Notes: a model not told the origin generated them from the letters alone. DNA of 36,436 nucleotides from Octopus bimaculoides (GCF_001194135.2 NC_068984.1:121497922-121534357); one strand, 5' to 3'. Counted from the stretch's first letter, positions 1-11,849 are shown. A program made the numbers and translations.

Positions 1-359
1 AGTAACATTCCTTGTTTAGATTTTTCTACTTTCGCTTCTGGCAGCTAATACCATGACAGTGCCAAAAATTCTGAAAAAAGTTTTTAAAATTATGGAAATG
101 GGGGTGCGGGTGGTAATTTAGATATGTCGATTTTTGTTAATTTTTTTGCCGATTCGTATTCCCCGTAGCCGAAAGGGGGGGGGTTAAGAGTGTTTTTTTG
201 GGAGTGGGGGCGGAAGTCTTGCCCAATATATATCCATTTTACCCGAAGTTATGACGGAAAAATCGGATATTGTCAATTTTCCAAGAGTTCCCCGTCTACA
301 CATGGTTGTGCACTGGTAGATAGAAAATTTATCTGCCTCTTATCTCTGTAAGCGATCGC

Positions 360-1825
360 TAACAGATTTCCTTTCTGCCGTTGGATTATTTCACCCCTTT
401 TTTTTTAATTTTGCATTTTTTATATCCAACGGCAGCCCAATTTCTACTAGCAATTACTGTAGCACACGTATATGTTGCCACAGCTTCTAAATCCACCGCA
501 AGTTTGACCGAACTAAAACACTGGTCAAAAAATAATATACGGCCCTGGTTATAGTATGGAAGTGATAAATTCCAGACCACATCGTACCCTAGGCCATGTT
601 GTATAAAAACTAAATCCACAGCAGTACCCAGTGTTTGCTTCACAAATTTTCCAAACTTTGATCCCCACCATTTCGTGGGCTTTCCTGGCATATACTGTCG
701 GAAGCGTACCCTTCCTTTATACCCCATCATGCCCTCATCGACGGATAAGTATCTCACAGGGTTGTAAAATGTTTTATATGCATTTTGAACGCAGTCGATG
801 AGGGGTCTTATTTTAAATAAGGGATCAAAGTTTGGTTCTCCACGTACTGGAGTACTGCTAGTGTCTCTCACAAGTAAATACTGGTTCAGTTTCATAAATC
901 GTATTCGGGTCGGCATAACTACAGGGTTTTACCCCCCAGACTTTGGGAGGTCATAACTTTCAGAAAAATGAATATTTTTTAATGACCTCCCAAAGTCTGG
1001 GGGGTAAAACCCTGTAGTTATGCCTTCGGGTCTACTGGAAACATACTGATCGCCAAAAGGTCCCTGATTACTCCAGTAATTTGTAATCCTAGGTAACTAA
1101 TACCCATAATAATATTTATGGCAAAAAATGCCCGTATTTCTTCTATGGTTGTAGGGAAACCGCAAGCTATCTTTTTTCCAGTTTGTTTACATACTGCGTA
1201 ACAGTTTGTTTCTGCAGTGATCGCTTCAAACAAGCATGCTGGAAAAAATAAGAAAAAGTCTAATGGTTTTGCTTCCTCAAAAAAATTGTTAATAAAAACA
1301 TTTTTTAAGTCTTTACTCCATTCTGGTGTAAAATTGTCCTCGCTGTCGCCGCTTTCAGTGTATTTAGAACAGCTGGTTTAGGATACAGAAATATCCGATT
1401 CATTTTCGTTTACCACGTGCTTTTGTACTTACTTCATTCATTCTCGATATCTCCATATCTTTTGTTGAAAAGCCTTCAAATTCGGAATTACTGCTTGATA
1501 ACATGAAATTCCTCTCCATTTTCAAAGCTGAAAAAAATCAATGCCGAAAAAATGTGGAAAAAAAAATCTTCCAAAATTCACAGAGTTCAAATATCACGCC
1601 AAACAACATCGGATATAATAATTCAACTATTTACAAAGTGAAATCACGTGTTTTTACGAATGTACTACCAAGACTTGTGTTCAAATTTACATTTAAATAA
1701 CAATGGGTACTCTCGGCCGGCTACGGCCCGGTTGGTCTTAGGAACCATAAAATTTTTCGGCCGGGGTGGTCTTAGGAACCAAAAAACTTTTCAGCCGGCT
1801 ACGGCCAGGTTAGTATTGAAAGGCT
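360..1825 (-). mobile_element. Decayed piggyBac-like DNA transposon (DDE_Tnp_1_7 / PGBD-type transposase remnants plus one terminus)
   Basis: ORF 386-916 reads DPLFKIRPLID...LSVDEGMMGYKGRVRFRQYMPGKPTKW, typical piggyBac motifs. ORF 1018-1233 reads FEAITAETN..YA..PTTIEEIRAFFAINIIMG, the N-terminal part. Both are frameshifted. Subterminal direct repeats TGGTCTTAGGAACCA (1733, 1767) and GCCGGCTACGGCC (1716, 1794) precede a degenerate ...TTGAAAGG end near 1823. Confidence 0.85.
912..1024. mobile_element. 113-bp MITE with perfect 43-bp TIRs and 8-bp TSD, nested in the piggyBac ORF
   Basis: 912-954 is the exact reverse complement of 982-1024. TTCGGGTC is duplicated at 904-911 and 1025-1032. Confidence 0.9.
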
Positions 1826-2164
1826 AGCATAGCCTCAAATCTAATAACAGAAACAAGTAAAATAGAGCATACAGTTGATAAAATATATTAGCTGGGACAT
1901 GAACAATGCAACAATTAGAAATCCAGTTACCTTAACAGTGGACTGATGAATACACCAAATATAATGTTGTTCTGTTCTTGTGTATACTATGTAGAAAGCT
2001 GTATTTATGATTTCTATCTGGAAGTCTCATTATAATGAGATTTTCTTTACAGTGAATTTTTTAACACATCATCAACTAATCTATAACAAAACTTCATGTG
2101 TATAATACTGTTGCCATCTCAATTTCTGTCCAGCACATGCAAGCATGGAAAAGTGGACGTTAGA

Positions 2165-2750
2165 ATCATCATCATCATCATCGTTTAACGTCCGTTTTCC
2201 ATGCTAGCATGGGTTGGACAGTTCAACCGGGTTCTGGGAAACCAGGAGGCTGCACCAGGCTCCAGTCTGATCTGGCAGTGTTTCTACAGCTTGATGTCCT
2301 TCCTGACCAACCACTCTGTGAATGTAGTGGGTGCTTTTTACATACCACCGGCACAGGGGCTAGAGTGGGCTGGCAATGGCCACGATCGGTTGGTGCTTTT
2401 TACGTGCCACCGACCACGTTCGGATGGCGCTTTTTATGTACCACCGGCACAAGGCTCACAACTACAATTTCCATTTGATTTTCATTTTGATGTTGATGTA
2501 CTTGACTCAATAGGTCCCCTCAAGCACAACAAGTCGCCCTACGATCCAAGGTACTTTTGAATGGGCTGGGGCTGGTTATACGAAACTGGTGTAGGATACA
2601 GCCGTGAACTCACTTTATTTGCCGGGTCTTCTCAATCACAGCATATCTCCAGAGGTCTTGGTCTTTCGTCATTGCCTCTGTGAGGCCCAACGTTCAAAGG
2701 TCAAGATTGACCACCTCATCCCATGTCTTCCTGGGTCTATCTCTACCCGG
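2165..2750 (-). mobile_element. RTE-clade LINE 3' end (5'-truncated) with (GAT)n tail
   Basis: Starts with (ATC)n followed by GTTTAACGTCCGTTTTCCATGC. Colinear with the copies at 6182 and 23755 that carry RT-coding sequence. Confidence 0.8.
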
Positions 2751-2967
2751 AGATGATCATCATGAATATTATGATTGTACTATAAAAGCATGAACACTTA
2801 GAAATGGAATTTTAACATCAGAGTATTAAAAATGGTGTTATATGATAGTAACTTGAAGATAAATAATTACAGCTGGTCCAGTGAATAAAGTGTTAGCTTA
2901 TATGTGAAAACGATAACAATGACGATGATGATGATTATAGAATATTATTTCATTCTTTTTACTCAAG

Positions 2968-3116
2968 GTCATGTGACAAACTACGTTGCACATCTTGTGA
3001 CATGAAAGTGTTATCATTTGAAGACTTTGCATGGCTCTCTTCACTTGATTATCTTTTCTTGAGAAATAACTTCCCCAATTTCAAAGAACTAAGATCAAAA
3101 CTAAAGCCACAAAATG
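2968..3116 (+). CDS. CFAP418: CFAP418/C8orf37 penultimate coding exon (SCDKLRCTSCDMKVLSFEDFAWLSSLDYLFLRNNFPNFKELRSKLKPQN)
   Basis: Pyrimidine-rich AG acceptor at 2966-2967 and GT donor at 3117. The translation matches the recalled C8orf37 motif C.HLRC..CDF.V....W....DYLFFRNN.P. Phase is compatible with the next exon. Confidence 0.9.
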
Positions 3117-3260
3117 GTTTGTAATATCTTTTTCATTTATTTTTATTTTGGAGTTTTTTTTTAACTATAAAGAAAAAAAGAATTGCTATAACCAGATATT
3201 TTTTGCTCTTAAAGAAAAAAACTCTAAAAAGTTAAAAAGATAGAAAATAATTTAACAATA

Positions 3261-3423
3261 GGCATAGGAATGTCTGTGCGGTAAGTTGCTTGCTTACCAA
3301 CCACATGGTTCCGGGTTCAGTCCCACTGCATGGCACCTTGGGCAAGTGTCTTCTACTATAGCCTCAGGCCGACCAGAGCCTTGTGAGTTGATTTGGTAGA
3401 CAGAAACTGAAAGAAGCCCATCG

Positions 3424-3458
<35 letters not shown>

Positions 3459-3646
3459 TTGTCCCCCCAACATTGCTTGACAACCGATGCTGGTGTGTTT
3501 AAATCTCCGTAACCTAGCAGTTTGGCAAAAGAGACCGATAGAATAAGTACTAGGCTAACAAAGAATAAGTCCTGGGGTCGATTTGTTCGGCTAAAAGGCG
3601 GTGCTCCAGCATGGCCGCAGTCAAATGACTGAAACAAGTAAAAGAA
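3261..3646 (+). mobile_element. tRNA-derived SINE, family A (full length)
   Basis: B-box-like GGTTCAGTCCC, central (TA)/(TG) microsatellite and A-rich tail. Homologous to 5109-5516, 11283-11647 and 13101. Confidence 0.8.
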
Positions 3647-4405
3647 TATGCTTTACTTATATGCACAAATTAACTAAGATAAAGAAATAACATGCAGTCA
3701 TTTCATATATAACACTTTCAAGGTTAAAACAGGCACTCGTTTCGCTATGCTCATTTATGAACCCTCCTGCTTCTATATTTAGAAAGTATCCAGCTGATCT
3801 AGAAATTGTTGAAGATTAGTTAAGGTATTTCTTTGTACAAAACTTCACATAGAAAGAGCATGTCTGCATGAGAAGTATACAAAAGAAAAAGCTGTTGCAT
3901 TTTGCCCCAAGAGAAGGCAAATAATCTGCTTACTGGCACACAGATCTCTCTCCAACATAATATCAATTGCTAATGTATATAATCACTATATCCATGTTGA
4001 CAATGTAAAACTAATTTTTTAAAACTTTGCTTATAAGAATATACCAGACTGATTGACCTATTAATTAACCACCATTTCTTATTAACTAAACTATATTCAT
4101 GTGTCAAAATGTTATCTTTAGTATATTAATCCCATATTCCTTATAAATGTTAACCCCAAATAACTTGCACTGTTCTTAAAGCTATGAAGTGGTAACTAAT
4201 ATTTAAACAAACTAGTGTATAAGGATATTTCCAGAGGCAAAAATTATATTATGATTACAGTAGCAAAATGTGGTTTCATTGAGCTCAGATACAGATGTGT
4301 ATAAAGTTAAATACATATATTTAAAAAAAAAAAAGAAACAAGGGTACAGAATATTATTTCAGTTTTATATAAGCAACTTCCCATATGATCATTCATTCAG
4401 GTTGT

Positions 4406-4795
4406 TGTTGTTGTTGGCACTCCGTCGCTTACAACGTTGAGGGTTCCAGTTGATCCGATCAACGGAACAGCCTGCTTATGAAATTAACGTGCAAGTGGCT
4501 GAGCACTCGAAAGACACGTGTATCTTTAACGTAATTCTCAGGGATATTCTGCGTGACACAATGTAACAAGGCTGACCCTTTGAATTACAGACACAACAGT
4601 AATAGTAAGTAAGAGTGAGAGAAAGTTGTGGTGAAAGAGTACAGCAGGGTTCGCCACCATCCCCTGCCAGAGCTTTTAGGTGTTTTTCGCTCAATAAACA
4701 CTCACAACGCCTGGTCTGGGAATCGAAACCGCAATCCAATGACCGCGAGTCCGCTGCCCTAACAACTAGGCCATTACGCCTCCACTTCAGGTTGT
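4406..4795 (-). mobile_element. tRNA-derived SINE, family C with (CAA)n tail
   Basis: On - the head reads GTGGAGGCG.AATGGCC.AGT.GTTAGGGCAGCGGACTCGCGGTC..GGTTTCGATTCCC. The (GTT)n run at 4401-4415 is the tail. A head-only copy lies at about 17777-17848. Confidence 0.75.
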
Positions 4796-5108
4796 GTACA
4801 CATTAGTTTAAGCATAATATTAAACTGAATAGTTGTTTCTTTTTTTGTTTTTAAGAACTGGAATATTAACTCTGAATGGAGGGGTTGAATAGTTTGAATC
4901 TGAAGCAGCTCACCTCCTAACACCTTTCCTCTACATGCACAAGGCCTGAAATTTTGGGGAGGGAGCTAGTGCTTGACTGGTACTTATTTCACTGACCCTG
5001 AACAGATGACAGGCAAATTTAACCTCAGTGGAATTGATCCTTTGGATTGTTACAGACAACATTACAAGAAACCAAGAATAAATAAAAAGTTATTAAAAAA
5101 AAAAAAGG

Positions 5109-5516
5109 ACTCTCTTTTACTTGTTTCAGTTATTTGACTGTAGCCATGCTGGAGCACCGCCTTTAGTCGAGCAAATCGATCCCAGGACTTATTCTTTGTA
5201 AGCCTAGTACTTATTCTATCAGTCTCTTTTGCCGAACCGCTAAGTTACGGGGACGTTAACACACCAGCATCAGTTGTCAAGCGATGTTGGGGGGGACAAA
5301 CACAGACATATACACACACACACACACACATATATAAATATACATATATATGACGGGCTTCTTTCAGTTTCCGTCTACCAAATCCACTCACAAGGCTTTG
5401 GTCGGCCCGAGGTTATAGTAGAAGACACTTGCCCAAGGTGCCACGCAGTGGGACTGAACCCGGAGCCATGTGGTTGGTAAACAACCTACTTACCACACAG
5501 CCACTCCTACACCTAT
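5109..5516 (-). mobile_element. SINE family A (full length, inverted relative to the 3261 copy)
   Basis: Reverse complement aligns end to end with 3261-3646. Confidence 0.8.
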
Positions 5517-5614
5517 GGGAAAACTTTATTTGAACATATTTTGTGAAATAAATGTGTATGATGTTAATATTTGAGGATTCTAACCATTACTTCTTAATTT
5601 TATTTTCTCTACAG

Positions 5615-5712
5615 GTTCTAGAGCCTATTGTTGTCAGTGCTCTTGGCAAACAATAAACACGTTGTCACTTTTGAAACAACTTGAGACAAAATGGGTTTGT
5701 GGTCAGCATTGA
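5615..5712 (+). CDS. CFAP418: CFAP418/C8orf37 last coding exon (GSRAYCCQCSWQTINTLSLLKQLETKWVCGQH*)
   Basis: Acceptor TTTTCTCTACAG; phase 1 completes the Gly codon. Matches the recalled human C-terminus GTRAYACQCSW...RWVCGKH*. TGA at 5710-5712. Confidence 0.9.
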
Positions 5713-6181
5713 TTATTTATGATTGTAACAATCAAAAACAACATTCAATCAAGACTAATTGGCAGTAGTACATAAAATTGATGAAAACTTTGTTAACAGT
5801 TAAAAAATTTCCTTTTTTTTCTCTTTTGTTTATTTTCCTTTTTTTCAAAATTTTATCAGAATATAAAACATGATAGAGTATAGATATTGAATGTCTAATT
5901 TATTTCATTATATATATTTTCTGCCTTTATTATATATGGTGGCTGGCAGCCTTGATAGAGTGTCAGACAAGATACCTCATGATATTTAGTAATACATCTT
6001 TACATTCTGGGTTTAAATCTCAAGACTGACTTAGGATAAAACAAGCACCAGTAATATACTGAGAGTCAATTGATTTGCGTATGCATATGCATTTCCCCAA
6101 TGAAATTGTGGCCTTGTGTCAAGAATGAAAAATATCAATATCTTTTAATATTATTAGTAATTCCCTGTTGGTCTAAATGGT

Positions 6182-7800
6182 AACATCATCATCATCGTTT
6201 AACATCCATTTTCTATGCTGGCATGGGTTGGACAGTTCAGCTGGGGTCTGGGAAGCCTGGAGGCTGCACCAGGCCCCAATCTGATCTGGCAGTGTTTCTA
6301 CAGCTGGATGCCCTTCCTAATGCTAACCACTCCGAAAGTGTAGTGGGTGCTTTTTATGTGCCACCGGCACAGGGACCAGAGGAGCTGGCATCAACCTCTA
6401 TTGGATGGTGCTTTATATGTGCCACATTTGGATGGTACTTTTTACGTGCTACCGGCATGGGGATCACAACTACAGTTTCCATTTGATTTGATTCCGATAT
6501 TGTTGATGTTGACGTACTTGACTCAATAGGTCTCCTCAAGCATGGCATGTCACCCTACGATCCAAGGTACTTTTGAGTGGGCTGGTTATGCGACACTGGT
6601 GTAGGTTACAGCTGTGGACTCACTTTATTTGCCGGGTCTTCTCAGTCACAGCATACCTCCAGAGGTCTCGGTCTTTTGTCATTGCTTCTGTGAGGCCCAA
6701 CATTCGAAGGTCATGCTTCACCACCTCATCTGGGTCTCCCTTTACCCCGGATGCCTTCTACTGTTTGGGAGTGGCTCTTCTTCACACAGCTCTCCTCGTC
6801 CATGACCATACCAATGCAAACATCTCTTGCACACCACATCCGATGCTTCTTATGTCCAACATTTCTCTCAGGGTGCTTACACTCTGTCGTGTGTGCACAC
6901 TGATATTACACATCCAGCGGATCATGCTAGTTTCATTTCTTTCAGGCCTATGCATGTCTTCAGCAATCACAGCTCATGTTTCACTGCCGTGAAGCATGGC
7001 GGTCCACACACATGCATCATACAATGTACCTTTCACTCTGAGCAAGAGGCCCTTTGTCACCAGTAGGGGTAGAAGCTTTCTGAACTTTGCCCAGGCTATT
7101 CTTATTCCAGTGGTAACACTCTCTGAGCATCCATCCCCACTACTAACTTGGTTACCTAGGTAGCGGAAGCTATCAACTACTTCTAGTTTCTCCTCCAGGC
7201 ATGTGACGGAGTCTGTTTTCTGAGCATTTGTGGTGTTTATTGCCCCAGTGCATCTGCTGCACCCCTTATGTGTCCATAGCTTATGCTGGGTACATCTAAT
7301 GGAGTTTCTACCTACACCTTTTCTACAGATCGAGCAGGGCCACCTACCTGAAAGGGTGTGTGATGTGTTCACCTTCCTACTAGAACTTTGGTCTTTGCAA
7401 CATTGACTCTAAGGCCCTAAACCTTGGTTCCAAACTTGAAGTTTCTTCTCTAGTTCTGGTAGTGATTCTGCTATGAGGGCCAGGTCATAGAGCAGTTTCC
7501 AGGGGTAACCTGTCTTGAATTCCTCTGTTATTGCTTGGAGGACTATGATGAATAAGAGGGGGCTGAGGGCTGATCCTTGGTGGGCCCCTACTTCTACCTG
7601 GAATGCTTCACTATACTCATTTCCAATCCTAACCCTACAGACGGCATCTCTGTATAGGACTTGCCTGTGAGGATCCTAGCTGAAGCTCCTTTCCATCTTA
7701 TCTCTTGTATGCAGCATACATAAACCCGTCTCCTTTCAAGCATCTCTACAATCTCACTAGACCTACCTTTCAGTGTGCCAACATTGACAGTGCCAACTCT
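6182..7800 (-). mobile_element. RTE-clade LINE fragment: RT C-terminus with Cys-rich insert, 3'UTR and (GAT)n tail
   Basis: ORF 6974-7372 reads CSICRKGVGRNSIRC...LEVVDSFRYLG...RIAWAKFRKLLPLL...YDACV..AMLHGSET. Adjacent frames carry RTE-like RNETSMIRWMC. Many frameshifts. Confidence 0.85.
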
Positions 7801-9059
7801 GAAAACTGGGAAGGGAATGTGGGGTGAGGCTTAGGGAGGAGAGATGTTATTCAGCACCTGAAAAGGAGGAGGTTGTCGTGTTCGTTTTTTAGGCAGGCTT
7901 TATCTGTTCTCGCTTCCGACCTGACAACATTCAAATGTGTTAAGATTATTGCCCCTACTGGAGGTAGGAGCAGGTGTTAGCGGTGTTGTAAGCATAACCA
8001 TTATGGTCATCGAATAACGTAAATTTAAGCGGTGTAGCAAAATATGGATAATCCAATGTTAGATTATGAAGGAGTCAGCTAAAACTGGTTGTGTTTGTCC
8101 AGGAAGAGGGAGATTGCAGGTATGATGGAGGGTACCACAGTGGGGGAGGGTTCAGACAGAGAGAGACGAAACAAGCACAGAGAAATCATAACTCATTAGT
8201 TCCTATGAGTAGATGCACCACTTTAAGATAGCAAGTTATCCCCAAGCTTGAATGCTTTGTCCACCCTATGTATGTATGTGTCTGTGTATATATGTGTATG
8301 TATGTACATACATACACACACTGTGTGTGTGTGTGTTTATGTCTCCTTGTTATGTGATGGTTGCAAAGGAACATCACCATCATACTGTCATTCATTTCCA
8401 ATCTTTTGTGAAAACATGTCCAGGGAAATGGGTATGGTTTGACAACATGAAGGTCATTTAACCACAGAGCATCTGCCCCAATGAATCCCATCTGACCTAT
8501 GTAAGCAAGAGAAAGTAGATGCTTAAGCAAAAAAAAAAAAAAAAAAAAAAAAACATCCATGTAATTATTATATTTGTGAAACTGTAAGAAAAAGATAAAG
8601 AATCTGAAATGATCAAATGCAACATTTATAGTAAACTGAGTCGACACAGATATTCATAGATTTATTAATAATCATGAAATGATTGTATTCCAATAACCAA
8701 TGGGAATATCATACATTAGACAAACCTTGGAATTAATGGAGCAAATAGGAAATATGTCCGATGGGCAAAGTTTGAGAAGAATATTGTGTTGGCTTTGGCA
8801 TCACTAGACATTGAAGATGCAACGGTGGAAACAATCTAAACAGCTTGATCTTTTATGGCAGCTTTATACAATAGACCAAAGCATCAGCATTATATTCCCA
8901 CAACAGTTGGTTTCTTAATCACAAAATATCTGATCATGCCAAACTGCAACAAAGAAAGAAAGGGTCATAAAGAGAAGTTATTGTAACAGAGCAGACTAAA
9001 TTCATGTTTAGTAAACAACCAACCAAAATACCAATAATAGGGTAAAATAGCGTAAAGAC

Positions 9060-9385
9060 CCCCTTCAGGCATGAATGACAGTGGCATTGCACCTACAAAA
9101 TTCCCCTCCAGTGCACAAATCTGGGCAAGATTGTTTTTGTGGAAGGCTAGCAGTTGCCCATGTATACCAGCCTCCCATCTCTATGCCACTAATGTTATCC
9201 AAGGGAAAGGCAAAGGCCAATACAGCTTAGCACCAGTGACATCACAACTCATTTCTACAGCTGAGCGAACAATGTGAAATAAAGTGTCTTGCTCAAGAAC
9301 AACACACTGCCCAGTCGAAGAACCAAATACACAACCTTGTGATTATGAGCCCGATGTTCTAACCACTGAGTCATGTGTCTTCACA
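9060..9385 (-). mobile_element. SINE family D
   Basis: Shares the CTTGAGCAA.ACACTT.ATTTCACATTG core with the + copies at about 10420-10660 and 34130-34345. Confidence 0.65.
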
Positions 9386-9591
9386 ATAAGAAACAATTTA
9401 AAATAGGTTAAAAAAAAAAACATTCAAATTGTATTCTTAACTTAATAATTTCATTTCATTTTAAGAAAACTTTGAACAATATAACCTTTTCAAATTATTT
9501 TGCTCTGAAGAAGAGGAATGTTAAGCTTTTCCTTTCCCTCACATTAAACCAATTTATTCCACTTTAGAACTGTTGCAAACACAAATTAGTT

Positions 9592-9810
9592 TAACCCTTT
9601 TGATACCAACCCACCTGACACAGACCCTGGTTCCATGATACACACTTCCTGTTTTGAAGTTATTTTCATTAAAATTTCATGCTAATTTATGTTCCAAATA
9701 TCAGTTTATTAATAACAAAGTTATTTTACTAGAATCTTCTTTATTTTCAAAACTAATCTAAACAAAGGCAATGTGTTCAAACAGAAATAATGTAATAAGG
9801 TCAAACACAC
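9592..9810 (+). mobile_element. TTAA-type (piggyBac-like) MITE
   Basis: Begins TTAACCCTTTTGATACCAACC. A reverse-orientation homolog at about 14770-14977 ends GGTTGGTATCAAAATGATTAA. Confidence 0.6.
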
Positions 9811-9974
9811 AATGCTAAAAATTACAATGTTTTAATAAAGAATGAAATCAAATCACTCATTTCTAAAATGCATATATTTACACAGACCAAATTATATTAA
9901 CTCAAGCTTTGTCTTGTTTTTAATGCCTCTTCCCAATTACAACCATAGTTACATATTTTCTGAAAAAGGTCTCT

Positions 9975-9993
9975 TTTATTCATAGTGTTTATT
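9975..9993 (-). terminator. Two AATAAA polyadenylation signals downstream of the best-candidate eIF6 stop
   Basis: TTTATT on + at 9975-9980 and 9988-9993, about 45-65 nt 3' of the TAG at 10039-10041. Confidence 0.45.
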
Positions 9994-10038
9994 GATGCAA
10001 CTGCACCTTACAACTTGTTAGGTTCCCTGTTTTTGACA

Positions 10039-10051
10039 CTAGCCCATACAG
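10039..10051 (-). CDS. EIF6: eIF6 best-candidate terminal coding exon ((S)CMG*)
   Basis: Acceptor ATCATGTTTTCTCCAG with a CTAAA branch-like motif. Completes the phase-2 AG as Ser, giving ...SLIDSCMG* (compare human ...SLIDSLT*). Two AATAAA follow. Alternative acceptors exist (see findings). Confidence 0.5.
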
Positions 10052-10099
10052 CTGGAGAAAACATGATTTATTTTAGAAGTGTACCGTGATAGGTATATT

Positions 10100-10345
10100 A
10101 TCAAAATTTGAGGACTGATCTTTGGTGGACCCCTACTCCTACCAGGAATTCTTCACTGTACTTGTTGCCCACCCTCACTTTACTGACAGCATCCCTGTAC
10201 ATGGCTTGTACAGCTCTCACTAACCACTTATCTATCCCAAGTTTCCACATTGACCACCAGATAAGGGATCAGGGAACCCTGTCAAAGGCTTTCTCCATGT
10301 CAACGAAAGCCAGGTACAGAGGTTTATCTTTGGCTAGGTATTTCT
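10100..10345 (-). mobile_element. RTE LINE RT fragment
   Basis: Frame reads VRQLQEKYLAKDKPLYLAFVDMEKAFDRVP, RT domain 3 of RTE elements. Confidence 0.75.
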
Positions 10346-10919
10346 CCTGCAGCTGTCTTACCAGAAGTTCGAATTTTTGTATACGTTTATAATGTGAAGG
10401 TGCGTGCAGCCTAATGTTTAGGCTGTTGCACTCACAGATGCTAGATCGTGGGTTTGATTCCTTGATTGGGTGGCGTGTTGTGGTCTCGAGCAAAACACTT
10501 CATTTCACATTGCTCCAGTCCCTCTTCGATCGTAGGGGGGGGGGCTGTTGGCCTGTTTGCCTAGCCAGTGGGGTGGCATCATTTGAAGGCTAAAACAATG
10601 CAAAAAGCACATTGTGACTAGTGATGTGTAACAACGATAGCTTGGTCGGTCACATGACCACATGATGTACAAAAATACCATGAACTACTAAACAACTATA
10701 TCAAACAACTAGACAACTCTTTTGAGACAATCTGCTAATTAATTTTTCTATCTCACTAGATTTAAGTAAGTAAAGCTATTTGTTTCAAAAACAATTTCGA
10801 CAAGCATCAATACTGCTATTCATACCACCACAGAAACCCATTTACCTTTCTGCGAATGGTTCAATTCACAATAGAACAATATATCATCATCATCAATAAG
10901 AATATTAAAGTTCACAAAC

Positions 10920-11104
10920 CTATCAATCAAGGATTCACGCATGCTGGTTGTAATATTGGTTGGCTGTGCTCCCTCTCCTAACTTAAAGACACTTTCTATC
11001 ACTGATATTTCTGTACTGGTTGTGTCAAGACCACAGAAGGCTGCCCAATCATTAACAACCATTCCTCCACCAATAATATCACTGCCTCGGTTTACTGTAC
11101 CAGC
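10920..11104 (-). CDS. EIF6: eIF6 coding exon 6 ([61 protein letters not shown])
   Basis: Near-identity to the recalled eIF6 C-terminal half. TTACAG acceptor and GTTTGT donor; 185 nt. Confidence 0.95.
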
Positions 11105-11282
11105 CTGTAAATGATATGCAAAAGAGTTTGAAAAATAAAACAAATTAACCAGAATTAAAATTTAAAAGCAGCACGTCAACAGAAATTTAGGACAGTAGAG
11201 TGTGATTTGACTGTTATTTCTCAGATGTCGAGCCTTAAAAATACAATCAATCTCTCTCATATACATATATAAATTCTTTTAT

Positions 11283-11647
11283 TCTTTTACTTGTTCCAGT
11301 CATTTGACTGCAGCCATGCTGGAGCACCATCTTCAGTCGAACAAATTGACCCCAGGACTTATTCATTTATTCTTTGTAGGTCTAGTATTTATTCTATCGG
11401 TCCCTTTTGCCAAAGCACTAAGTTACAGGGACGTAAACACACCAACATCAGTCGTCAAGTGATGGTCGGGGAACAAACAAATACATATATATACACAACG
11501 GGTTTCTTTCAGTTTCCATCCACCAAATCCACTCACAAGGCTTTGGTTGGCCCATGGCTATAATAGAAGACACTTACCCAAGGTGCCATGCAGTGGGACT
11601 GAACCCGGAACCATGTGGTTGAGGAGCAAGCTTCTTACCACGCAGCC
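11283..11647 (-). mobile_element. SINE family A, directly followed by an inverted partial copy (about 11650-11790, +)
   Basis: Homologous to 5109-5516. The adjacent sequence repeats the head and body in the opposite orientation. Confidence 0.75.
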
Positions 11648-11849
11648 GACAGTGTAGTTTGCAAACACATGGTCTTGAGTTCAACCTCACTACTTGGCAC
11701 TTTGAACAAGTGCCTTCTACTATTGCAGGAAGTCAACAAATGCCTTGTGAGTAAAATTGGTAGATGGAAACTGCATGTGTGTGTGTGTTTGTATGCGTTA
11801 ACAGTGTTCACTATGATATACTCAGTAATATCTCAAGAGTTTACGGGGC

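Noticed and set aside
2201-2560. ORFs over RTE 3'UTRs and SINEs (also 3356, 4476, 5274, 6223-6992, 8186-8647, 11291, 21333, 23746-24601, 32096)
   Set aside because: They coincide with repeat copies or microsatellites, are not frame-conserved between copies, and show no protein motifs.
5615-5656. Alternative frame VLEPIVVSALGKQ* for the + strand exon
   Set aside because: The phase-1 frame matches the CFAP418 C-terminus and the phase of the upstream exon.
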